A DNA stretch of 64,000 nt, taken from positions 5,840 through 69,839 of the forward strand of contig DATKZA010000035.1 of the NCBI GenBank assembly GCA_035528155.1. Reading direction: 5' to 3'. Below are positions 47,588 to 55,665 of this stretch, one piece after another. The notes below the pieces were generated by a model. That model had not been told where the DNA came from, ran no database searches, and worked only from the letters and a program-made list of their open reading frames with translations. The DNA comes from Patescibacteria group bacterium. Its GTDB lineage: Bacteria > Acidobacteriota > Aminicenantia > UBA2199. Made by a program: the position numbers and the translations under genes. Numbering within the stretch: the first letter of the stretch is position 1; every line of letters begins with the position of its first letter.

Positions 47588-48535
47588 TCAGGATAGAACT
47601 TTTTTGAATTCTTCTTTCAAAAGCGGCACGAGGGTGAACAGATCGCCGACAATGCCGTAATCGGCTTTTTTGAAAATGGGGGCTTCCGGGTCCTTGTTGA
47701 CGGCCACGATGATCTTTGAGGTCTTCATGCCCACGAAATGCTGGATGGCCCCCGATATGCCGCAGGCAATGTACAGCTTGGGGTTGACAACCTTGCCGGT
47801 CTGTCCAACCTGCATGTCGGCCGAAGCAAAACCGGCGTCGACCGCCGCCCGCGAAGCGCCCAGGCCGCCATTTAGCACCTTGGCCAAGTCTTCCAGTATG
47901 GCGAAATTTTCTTTGCCTTTCATGGCCCGGCCTCCGGAAACAATGATCTCGGCTTCGGTCAAATCAATTTTTTGTGAGGCGCTTTTCTCCACGCTGACGA
48001 TTTTTGTCAGCAATTCGCCGTTGTCCAGGGCCACGGTCTTGATCTCCGGCGCCTTGGCCGCAGCCGTTGTTTCGACGGCAATGACGTTGGGCCTGACGGT
48101 GAACAGGGCTGTCCCGGCGTCGATCTGGTACTCGGCCAGCAGTTTGCCCGAATATACGGGCTTGATGGCTTTGCGGGTGTCGAGATCAACGTCCAGGCAG
48201 TCGCTGACCAGGCTGGCCTTGGCCTTGGCGGCCAGGCGCGGGAACAGGTCTTTACCCTGGGCGGAAAAAATACCGCAGAAAAGTTCAAGCTTGAACTCCT
48301 GGATGACCGCTGCCAGGGTGCGGGCATAGCGGTCGGGCTGATAGGTGAGGTCCGCTCCCTGTACCTGAATAACGGTTTGGATGCCCTGCAACTCTTCCAT
48401 GTAGGGCTGCACGTCCGGGCAAAACAGCACGGCGTGCACGGGCTGGCCGCTTTTTCTGGCCAGGCTTAGCAGTTCACGGTTCGATTTCTTGAAAATCCCT
48501 TCTTTCAGTTCGATATACAATCCAATGTTGGCCAT
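47588..48535 (-). CDS. etfA: electron transfer flavoprotein alpha subunit
   Basis: C-terminal FAD-binding region (..KLYIACGISGAIQHFVGMK..) typical of EtfA. Confidence 0.9.
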   Translation of the reverse strand: MANIGLYIELKEGIFKKSNRELLSLARKSGQPVHAVLFCPDVQPYMEELQGIQTVIQVQGADLTYQPDRYARTLAAVIQEFKLELFCGIFSAQGKDLFPRLAAKAKASLVSDCLDVDLDTRKAIKPVYSGKLLAEYQIDAGTALFTVRPNVIAVETTAAAKAPEIKTVALDNGELLTKIVSVEKSASQKIDLTEAEIIVSGGRAMKGKENFAILEDLAKVLNGGLGASRAAVDAGFASADMQVGQTGKVVNPKLYIACGISGAIQHFVGMKTSKIIVAVNKDPEAPIFKKADYGIVGDLFTLVPLLKEEFKKVLS

Positions 48536-48544
48536 GTTCGTCTC

Positions 48545-49315
48545 CTAAAGTACCTTGGCTTCTTCGCGCAACAAGCGCACCAGTTCCCGCACCGCGTCGG
48601 CCGCTTCGCCGGCAATGACCCTGCCCTGCGGTTTTTCGGCCGGGGCCGCCAGCTTGAGCAGGCGGATGCGGTTCTGGGACTCGTCAATGCCGATTTCGCT
48701 CAACGTGATCTTTTTGATCTCGATCTTCTTGGCTTTCATGATGCCCATCATCGAGGCGTAACGGGGGGTGTTCAAACCCTTGGCCGCGGCCACGATGCAG
48801 GGGACGGCCATTTCGATCACTTCCCTGGCGCCCTCGTCGATCTCCCTCTCCACCCGGACCTTGCCGCCGTCGAAGGCGAAAGCCATGACATTGGTGGCGA
48901 CGGGGATAGCCAGTTCCTCGGCCAGCAGGATGTGCAGCTGGTAGGCGTCATCGTCGATGGCTTGCTTGCCCATGAAAATAATTCCGAATTCCTTGTCGGC
49001 CCGGATGACCTGGGCCAGGGCCCGGGCCGTGTTCTGATAATCCAGGGCGGCGTTGCATTCCACGTGCACGGCGTGGTCGGCGCCCATGGCCAGGGCGGTA
49101 CGCAGGGCGTTCTGCACCCGTTCCGGCCCGAGGCACACCGCGGTTACCGTTGAACCTGGGACTTTTTCCTTCAGTTTCAAGGCCTCTTCGATCGCGTATT
49201 CGTCATAGGGGCTGACGATCCATTTGATGGCGGCCTCGTTGATCGACCTACCGTCCTTGACCAGAATGCTGGCTTCGGTATCGGGAACTTGCTTGATGCA
49301 AACGTAAATATTCAC
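48545..49315 (-). CDS. etfB: electron transfer flavoprotein beta subunit
   Basis: The canonical EtfB N-terminus (M)NIYVCIKQVPD starts at a GTG at 49315, preceded by GGAGG (5-nt spacer). The track ORF starts 30 nt further upstream at another GTG (49345). Confidence 0.85.
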   Translation of the reverse strand: MNIYVCIKQVPDTEASILVKDGRSINEAAIKWIVSPYDEYAIEEALKLKEKVPGSTVTAVCLGPERVQNALRTALAMGADHAVHVECNAALDYQNTARALAQVIRADKEFGIIFMGKQAIDDDAYQLHILLAEELAIPVATNVMAFAFDGGKVRVEREIDEGAREVIEMAVPCIVAAAKGLNTPRYASMMGIMKAKKIEIKKITLSEIGIDESQNRIRLLKLAAPAEKPQGRVIAGEAADAVRELVRLLREEAKVL

Positions 49316-49378
49316 TAGTACCTCCTGAAAATCGGTAAAACTCACTTGAATTTATATAATTTGGCAGTGAAAGGAGTA

Positions 49379-49407
49379 TTTATAACTGAAAAGTGGTTGC
49401 TTGTCAA
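49379..49407 (-). promoter_or_regulatory. sigma70 promoter for etfBA (minus strand: TTGACA - 17 nt - TATAAA)
   Basis: Read on the reverse complement: TTGACAagcaaccacttttcagtTATAAAT. Predicted TSS about 49370; 5' UTR about 55 nt. Confidence 0.5.
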
Positions 49408-49516
49408 TATTGCCTCACCCCCGCCCCCACCCGCGTTGCGGGATGGCATCGCCAGATGCCTCTCAAGGCTTCGGCATGGCGATGCGTACCTCTCCTCAAG
49501 GCGAGGGGGCAACCAC
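49393..49516. other. GC-rich palindrome-dense intergenic element (possible structured RNA / protein-binding array) upstream of the etfBA promoter
   Basis: An 8-bp long-range inverted repeat GTGGTTGC...GCAACCAC encloses nested hairpins (GGCATC-gcca-GATGCC; GCATCGCCA...TGGCGATGC) and the direct repeats CTCTCAAGGC / CTCCTCAAGGC. Confidence 0.3.
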
Positions 49517-49592
49517 CTTAATAGAACCCAATAAATGCAGCAATTATCTTGAATTCCCCCTTCTCCTTTAGGGGAAGGGGATGGGGCCGGAC

Positions 49593-50039
49593 TCAGAGGT
49601 GGACGAAAACGCCGCCGCTGACGCGGGTCTTGTTAACATCTGAAAAATGGAGAAAGCGCAGGTCGAAACGCAGGGAAAACATGGAGGTGAAAAAAATATG
49701 AAAACCGCCGCCCGCCATGGTATAGAAGCGGTACTCGCTGAAACGGAAATTCAGTTTTTCGAATTCGCCTCCCGTTCCCAGGACTGCGTACGGGGCGAAT
49801 CTACCGAACTTGGGCCGGAGTTTTACGGCGGCGCTCAGGCTGTTCCAACCCGTTTCCTTGATCCGGTAGCCTTCGAACTCGAATTTGAGCAGGGGCACGA
49901 TGGTACCGGAACCGGCCGACAAACCATAGAAAAAACTGGACGGCTTGCTGATGGAACCGGCGATCAATCCGGCATCCAGGGCGAACGCGTTCAGGGCCAG
50001 GAAGAAACAACCGGCCACGACCACTGTTTTTTTAATCAT
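49593..50039 (-). CDS. small outer-membrane beta-barrel protein (OmpW/OmpA-beta-barrel-like), signal peptide
   Basis: Signal peptide, alternating amphipathic strands and a C-terminal aromatic-rich region. Confidence 0.5.
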   Translation of the reverse strand: MIKKTVVVAGCFFLALNAFALDAGLIAGSISKPSSFFYGLSAGSGTIVPLLKFEFEGYRIKETGWNSLSAAVKLRPKFGRFAPYAVLGTGGEFEKLNFRFSEYRFYTMAGGGFHIFFTSMFSLRFDLRFLHFSDVNKTRVSGGVFVHL

Positions 50040-51399
50040 TGTTTTTGCTCACTTTTTGCAGCAGCGGCCTGCCGTAATAATCTATTTCGATTGCCGGCCA
50101 CACTTTGTGAATATAGAGAGAATAATTTTTTTGGAAAAGAGGGAAAATAATCCCGTCGTTGACGATCGCCTCACTGATGCGGGCGATCTGCTCCATCAGC
50201 AGCTCCTGGGAGTTGCTGAATTTGACCTCGTCCAGTTCGCTGAGCATGCGCAGGTACCTGGCGTTGAATTGGTTGAAACTGGACTCCTTCAGGATGCGGC
50301 TGATTTTTTCTTCGGCAGGAACTTTTTTTTGAAAGATCTTGTCGATGAGAAGGTACTGAATGGCAGCCGAATTCAGGAAAGCCATTAACTGGCTGTCATC
50401 GATGAACAGCGTCTCGATCTTGAAGTTGCTGTTTTTTAAATAGGCGGCCAGGTCTTTTTCCAGGTTGGAAAGCGAGGCGAGGATGTAGAGTTTGATCTCG
50501 GAGTGTTTCAGGATGGATGCGGTTTTTTGCGGGGACATGGTCTTGATCTGTATGGAAACCGGCGATTCCTCGTCGCTGGTCAGGGTGCGCAATTCCTTGT
50601 ATTTGTTTCCCGTGGCCTCGTTGAACCTCTTTAAAAGGGTAAAAAGGGCGATCTTGGTGTTCTGGCCCATATCGTTTTGCAGAAAGCACAGGTAGATGTT
50701 CTGGAAAATACCGGAATCGAATTCCCGGAAATTTTCCTTGAATTGGTTCGGGTTGGCCAGGAAGAGGTCGGGCGGTGTGCTTTCGCTGAAAGTGATCTTG
50801 ACCTTGTCCAGGTAGGTCCGGCCTCCGGCATAAAAGGGATTGGCTTTCAGGGTGAGGTGGTGGTTCTTCTCCCATTCATGGGGAAAAAACATGCCTGAAA
50901 ATGACATTTCATTTTCGGCCAGCACCACCAGTTCCGGGGCGGTGAGCAGGCTCAGGATATCAGGGTTGTCGGCCAGCAGCTCAATCCTGACCTGGTTTTC
51001 GTTGACGCGTACGTTTTTGACCGTCTTGCTCAATTTGCTGGCCGCAAAAAGATCGGAATTCATGAATATTTTTAGCGAAACCTGTATGTTCCGGGCCGTC
51101 AGCGGTTTGCCGTTCGAGAAGCTGAGATTGTCCTTGACCGTCAGGCTTAGGGTTTTGCTGCCGGCATCATAGCGGTATTCCTGGAAGACATTGCTGAATA
51201 TTTCACCGTTTTTTTTCAAATAAAAAAAATTATCGTAGATCAGGGAATAGAAGATCAGGTTTGAATAATTGGCGGTGTTCAGGGTGAAGGAGGTCGGCTC
51301 ATTCAGCCGGATTGTGATCTCGCCCCCGTAATAGGGTTTGATGGCGAAAATCAAAGCCAGCGTCAGCGGTATGAGCAGCAGTTTACCTTTGTCCATCGC
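50032..51399 (-). CDS. family-5 solute-binding-protein-like secreted protein (OppA/DppA fold), orphan
   Basis: Signal peptide plus SBP_bac_5-like N-terminal blocks (..LTVKDNLSFSNGKPLTARNIQVSLK..). No ABC permease or ATPase is adjacent. Start taken at the internal ATG (MDKGK). Confidence 0.55.
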   Translation of the reverse strand, partial: AMDKGKLLLIPLTLALIFAIKPYYGGEITIRLNEPTSFTLNTANYSNLIFYSLIYDNFFYLKKNGEIFSNVFQEYRYDAGSKTLSLTVKDNLSFSNGKPLTARNIQVSLKIFMNSDLFAASKLSKTVKNVRVNENQVRIELLADNPDILSLLTAPELVVLAENEMSFSGMFFPHEWEKNHHLTLKANPFYAGGRTYLDKVKITFSESTPPDLFLANPNQFKENFREFDSGIFQNIYLCFLQNDMGQNTKIALFTLLKRFNEATGNKYKELRTLTSDEESPVSIQIKTMSPQKTASILKHSEIKLYILASLSNLEKDLAAYLKNSNFKIETLFIDDSQLMAFLNSAAIQYLLIDKIFQKKVPAEEKISRILKESSFNQFNARYLRMLSELDEVKFSNSQELLMEQIARISEAIVNDGIIFPLFQKNYSLYIHKVWPAIEIDYYGRPLLQKVSKNND

Positions 51400-52735
51400 G
51401 TTTTCCCCAGAACTGGACCATAAACCGCTCCAGGCCGTCCCGTTCTTGCCTGACGCCGGTCCAGAAGCCCCTGATATTTTGCCAGACGCCTGCTGAGATG
51501 AATTGAATTTCACCCGGAATTTTTTCCGAGTATACTAGCCTTTGCCCGCCGTTTTGGATGTCATAAAAAAACAGCTGGTCGGATGTGCGCGTGTAATCGC
51601 TGACGGCCAGCCATGCGCCCCCAAGGGCGGCCAAGGAAGCGCCTTTCTTTTCGGGTAGCGGAAATTGCTCTGCGAATTCCGAGGTGAACAGATGATAATT
51701 ATAGTTGCGGTCGATGAGGTGGACGGCCTGCAGCTGCCCTTCCTGGACGGAGAAATCCAGGGCCAGGGCCGGGGTTGCCTTCTTTTCATAGATGCCCGCT
51801 CTGTCGGCCGGATCGCTGAAAGGCATGAAATAAATTTTGTCCTTGAAATAATTCCTGCCTTCATCATAGCGCGCGCCGACCAGGTACGGGTTCTGGTTTA
51901 AAATCAGGTATTTGCAGGGAACAAAATCGATTTTCTGGATTTCCTGCCACTGGCTGTTGCGGAAGGTCAGGACCTTGGCGTAGGGTGAAAAATTGTTTCC
52001 GGCCGTTAAAACAAGCCCCTGATTCATTTGCAGCAGCAGGAGTTTGCCTTCGTAATGAAGCACCGGATAAATCGGCCTCGTCCATGCCAGTTTGAACTGG
52101 AGATACTTCTCCAAGCGCATGTTGCTAGCCAGGTAAATGACGATCTCATCGGGAAAGTAAAAAAAATATTGGTCACGCCCGTCGCTGCCAGCCAGGGACT
52201 GGATATCCATTAAGTTTTTTTTGCTTTCGAATTCAAGCAATTTTGAAAAACCCAGTTCGGAAAAAGAAAAATTCCTTGTATTCAGGAAATCCATTTCCCC
52301 TTTGCTGAGGGCTTTTTCGAAGTACTTGATAGCGACGATCTTGTCCTGCAGGCGGGAAAAGATGGTCAGCCCGAGACCGGTTTTGCTTTTGTTCTGAATC
52401 AATTTCAGGCCCAGCAGGAAATGAAGATCATCGGCCCGGCCCAGATTAAATTCGCCCCGGCCATTGGAGAAATTGATCAACAGGTCGGCAATGTGGATAT
52501 TCTTTTCGTTTTCCAAACGGGAGATCAGCATTTGATAGATCTTTTGCATGGCCGTGTCGGTCAATTCCGAATCATTTTCGAAGCGGGCGACCGCCACGTT
52601 GACATCGAACCTGTTGATAAAAAATGCTTTCAGAAAAGCGGTGCTTTCCATAACCAGTGCTTCGGCGCTTTGCTGACCAAAGACGTTATTGCCATACAAA
52701 AAAAGCAACAACAGTGAACAGATCACTTTTTTCAT
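51383..52735 (-). CDS. large secreted hypothetical protein (450 aa)
   Basis: Signal peptide MKKVICSLLLLFLYGNNVFGQQ; no recognisable domain. Confidence 0.45.
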   Translation of the reverse strand: MKKVICSLLLLFLYGNNVFGQQSAEALVMESTAFLKAFFINRFDVNVAVARFENDSELTDTAMQKIYQMLISRLENEKNIHIADLLINFSNGRGEFNLGRADDLHFLLGLKLIQNKSKTGLGLTIFSRLQDKIVAIKYFEKALSKGEMDFLNTRNFSFSELGFSKLLEFESKKNLMDIQSLAGSDGRDQYFFYFPDEIVIYLASNMRLEKYLQFKLAWTRPIYPVLHYEGKLLLLQMNQGLVLTAGNNFSPYAKVLTFRNSQWQEIQKIDFVPCKYLILNQNPYLVGARYDEGRNYFKDKIYFMPFSDPADRAGIYEKKATPALALDFSVQEGQLQAVHLIDRNYNYHLFTSEFAEQFPLPEKKGASLAALGGAWLAVSDYTRTSDQLFFYDIQNGGQRLVYSEKIPGEIQFISAGVWQNIRGFWTGVRQERDGLERFMVQFWGKRDGQR

Positions 52736-52745
52736 GCGGCGTGGT

Positions 52746-53801
52746 TCACTTTTTTTTCAAAGTTATCTTCAAGTTGAGATTTATTTTGACGTCGTCGGAA
52801 TCATCGGGGATCTCCAGTGTGATGGGCAGGTCGATACTTTTTCCTATTGGCATGACCAGGAGCGGTCTCTCGCCGGTATCCTCGTCGGTCTTTATCGCGG
52901 CAACCTTGACGGAGTCTGTGTCTTTCTGTTCTTCATCGGTGAAATTGATCTCGGGAATTTCGCTGTCCGATTTGTCACTATTTATTTCCTGGGCATCTTC
53001 CAAATCGAATATGTCTTCATCGCCGGACGCTTTCAGGGAATCCTCGGCGTCTACCATGGGGGAAGACAACTCGAAAACCTCCTCCGCCTCGGTATCGGCA
53101 ACCGGGATTTCCTCGGCCATGTTCTTTAAAACAACATTTTTTTCTTCGGGTTTGGGAGTGGACGAAGTGATTTCTTCCCGGGAAAACATGACGGTCTTGT
53201 CTTTCTGGAAAATGGACAACTGATTTTTCAAGTGCAGGATGACCAGTTTGATGATGGCGTGTAGACCTTCCAGCACATTCTCCCCGTTTGTGGCCACGGT
53301 CGGAAAAAAAGACTTGTTATCCGGGTTCAAATCCTTGTTCAAGGCACTGATGGGCAGGATCTCCTTGAGATCTCTCTTGTTGAATTGAAAGATCAGAGGA
53401 ATTTTTTCGAATTGCAGGTTGTTGAGTTTTAAATTCTTTTTCAAATTGGTGAAGCTTTCGACGTTCTGTTCGCGTAAGATGACCTGGGAATCGGCGACAA
53501 AGACCACACCGTCGGCTCCCTGAAGCACCAGTTTGCGGGTGGTGTCGTAAGCCACCTGTCCGGGAACGGTATAAAGCTGGATCTTCACGGAGTAATTGCC
53601 CAATTTCCCGATCTCCATGGGCAAAAAATCAAAAAACAGGGTGCGGTCGCCGTCGGTATCCAAGGTGATCAGCTTGCCCTTGTTGTCGACTTCGTCACAG
53701 TTGAAAATATAGCGCAGGCAGGTTGTTTTGCCGCTCAACGCCGGCCCGTAATACACGATCTTGGCCGTAATCTCCTTGTTGTTGTAATTGACGAAAGCCA
53801 T
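52746..53801 (-). CDS. MglA-type Ras-like small GTPase with ~150-aa acidic C-terminal extension
   Basis: Residues 1-195 match Myxococcus MglA (recalled from memory) block by block: AKIVYYGPALSGKTT (P-loop), DRTLFFDFLP (switch I with the intrinsic Arg), YTVPGQ (switch II) and FNKRD (G4). The C-terminal tail is D/E-rich and low-complexity. The ATG overlaps the ssb stop. Confidence 0.8.
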   Translation of the reverse strand: MAFVNYNNKEITAKIVYYGPALSGKTTCLRYIFNCDEVDNKGKLITLDTDGDRTLFFDFLPMEIGKLGNYSVKIQLYTVPGQVAYDTTRKLVLQGADGVVFVADSQVILREQNVESFTNLKKNLKLNNLQFEKIPLIFQFNKRDLKEILPISALNKDLNPDNKSFFPTVATNGENVLEGLHAIIKLVILHLKNQLSIFQKDKTVMFSREEITSSTPKPEEKNVVLKNMAEEIPVADTEAEEVFELSSPMVDAEDSLKASGDEDIFDLEDAQEINSDKSDSEIPEINFTDEEQKDTDSVKVAAIKTDEDTGERPLLVMPIGKSIDLPITLEIPDDSDDVKINLNLKITLKKK

Positions 53802-54292
53802 TAAAATGGATCCTCTTCACAGGCGGGGTCTTCCCTCGCGCTTTCAAACGGGGGAGTGCTTTGGCTGTTCGCTTCCGGGAAAGAATCCCTGTGGAATTTG
53901 TCTCCGGGATAGGAGGATCCCGAACCCTGTCCGGCCGAGTCCTTACGACGGTCCAGGACAATCACGTTGTCGGCCTGGATATCAGTGTTCCACCTGTCCT
54001 GGCCGTTCTTGTCCTGCCACTTGCGGGTGCGGATGCTGCCTTCGACCAGGACCATGTCGCCCTTACCCAGGCTTTTTTCGACTTTCTGGGCCAGCGGTCC
54101 CCAGGCGACGATGTTGTGCCACTCTGTCGGCAAATCTTTCCAGGCATTGTTGTTCTTGTCAAAATACCCTTCGTTGGTGGCCAGGCTGAATTTGGCCAGT
54201 TGCCGGCCGCTGCTTGCCACAACGGTGATCTCGGGATCCTTTCCCATACGGCCAACCAGGATAACACGGTTCAAACTACGGACTTGGCTCAT
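53801..54292 (-). CDS. ssb: single-stranded DNA-binding protein
   Basis: OB-fold N-terminus (RVILVGRMGKDPEI...WHNIVAWG) and a Gly/Ser-rich acidic tail. Confidence 0.85.
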   Translation of the reverse strand: MSQVRSLNRVILVGRMGKDPEITVVASSGRQLAKFSLATNEGYFDKNNNAWKDLPTEWHNIVAWGPLAQKVEKSLGKGDMVLVEGSIRTRKWQDKNGQDRWNTDIQADNVIVLDRRKDSAGQGSGSSYPGDKFHRDSFPEANSQSTPPFESAREDPACEEDPF

Positions 54293-54293
54293 G

Positions 54294-55052
54294 TTATTCG
54301 CTGAACTCCTTGATTTTTTGTCCGGCCAGCGAGGCTTCTTCGGACAAGGGGAAGCGGGAGATCAATTCCTTCAAAATGGCGATGCCTTCGCTTTGCCGAC
54401 CCATTTCGATCAGGGCATAGCCCTTTTTGAGAATCGCGGCGGCAGCCTTGTCGCCGTCCCTGTATTTTGCCAGCAGTTCATTGAATGTATTGATGGCGTC
54501 CTGGTATTTTTTTTTGGCGTAAAAACATTCACCGATCCAATACAGGGAATTGTCGGCCAGGCCGCTTTCCGGGAACCTGAGGATAAATTGCCTGAATCCT
54601 TCAATGGCCAGGTCGAAATTTTCCTTGATGTAATCGGAATAGGCCGCGTAATAGATGCTGGAAGGATCCTGGGTCAGAGAGGTCTCGTCGGGTGTGGTGG
54701 AAGTGGCCGTCCCTGCCGGCAAGGTTCCCACCGGGAACTTTTCTATTTTGTCGTCCAGTTTGTTCAGGGAATTTTTCAGATCGTTCAATTCTTCCTTGAA
54801 AAACTGCATGCTGAGCATGAAATTTTCTTTGCTTTGTGTTAAATCGGCCTGGTTCCTGGCAATGGCACTGATTTTTTCATCGCTGATGCCTGATTTTTTA
54901 AGCAGTTCTGTGACCTGGGCGGAAAGTTTGGCGATAGATTCGGAAAGTTTCTGCATTTCGTCCAGGATGATCTGGGTGTCCTTTTTTACCGCCCGGAGCG
55001 GCAAATTGAGTAACAACAGCACCATCAGTGCCGGAATGAACTTTGGCTTCAT
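54294..55052 (-). CDS. ybgF: Tol-Pal system protein YbgF/CpoB (coiled-coil + TPR)
   Basis: Signal peptide, an N-terminal coiled-coil and C-terminal TPR repeats; lies directly downstream of pal. Confidence 0.65.
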   Translation of the reverse strand: MKPKFIPALMVLLLLNLPLRAVKKDTQIILDEMQKLSESIAKLSAQVTELLKKSGISDEKISAIARNQADLTQSKENFMLSMQFFKEELNDLKNSLNKLDDKIEKFPVGTLPAGTATSTTPDETSLTQDPSSIYYAAYSDYIKENFDLAIEGFRQFILRFPESGLADNSLYWIGECFYAKKKYQDAINTFNELLAKYRDGDKAAAAILKKGYALIEMGRQSEGIAILKELISRFPLSEEASLAGQKIKEFSE

Positions 55053-55057
55053 GCGGG

Positions 55058-55594
55058 CTATTTTTTGGTGATGACAAACTCGGCGCGGCGGTTCTGAAAG
55101 TAGGAATCTTCGTCCTCGCCCTGAACCAGCGGCTTGTTTTTGCCGTAGGAGATGATCTTGATCTTGGCGGCATTCATGCCCAGGGAGACCAGGTAATTTT
55201 TAGCGGCTTCGGCTCTTTTTTCGCCCAGGGCGATGTTGTATTCAATGGTGCCCCTTTCGTCGCAATGGCCCTCGATCAAGACTTCCACGCTGGCGAACTT
55301 AAGCAGCCAGTTGGCGTTGGCCTGAATAATGGCCTTCATGTCTTCCCGGATCGTGTATTTGTCGAAGTCGAAGTTGATCCTTTTTAGTATCTGATCCTTG
55401 TTTAGTTCTTCCAGGGATTTCTGCTGGAAGATCTCTTCCTCGCTCAGCACGGGTTTTTCGACCTGGGGGGTTGGTTCTTCCACTTTTTCCACCACGGGCT
55501 CTTGAACGGGCGCGACCTTAGCGGCTTTTTTACCGCAGGCATTAAACATCAGGATTAGTGACAGTGCTAACAAAATCAACAGACATTTTTTCAT
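55058..55594 (-). CDS. pal: peptidoglycan-associated lipoprotein Pal
   Basis: Lipobox (LMFNAC) and a C-terminal OmpA-like domain (..IEGHCDERGTIEYNIALGEKRA..). Confidence 0.85.
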   Translation of the reverse strand: MKKCLLILLALSLILMFNACGKKAAKVAPVQEPVVEKVEEPTPQVEKPVLSEEEIFQQKSLEELNKDQILKRINFDFDKYTIREDMKAIIQANANWLLKFASVEVLIEGHCDERGTIEYNIALGEKRAEAAKNYLVSLGMNAAKIKIISYGKNKPLVQGEDEDSYFQNRRAEFVITKK

Positions 55595-55665
55595 GGATCC
55601 TCCTTTTATTATTTATACTAAAAATATAATATATAAGAAATATTTTGTCAAATGTATCGGGGGCT

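Noticed and set aside
49556-49582. GC-rich hairpin (CCCCTTCTCC-TTTA-GGGGAAGGGG) just downstream of the small beta-barrel gene as an intrinsic terminator
   Set aside because: The stem is good, but no U-tract follows on the minus strand (AAUUCAAGAU), so I did not list it as a terminator. It may instead be part of the adjacent palindrome-rich element.
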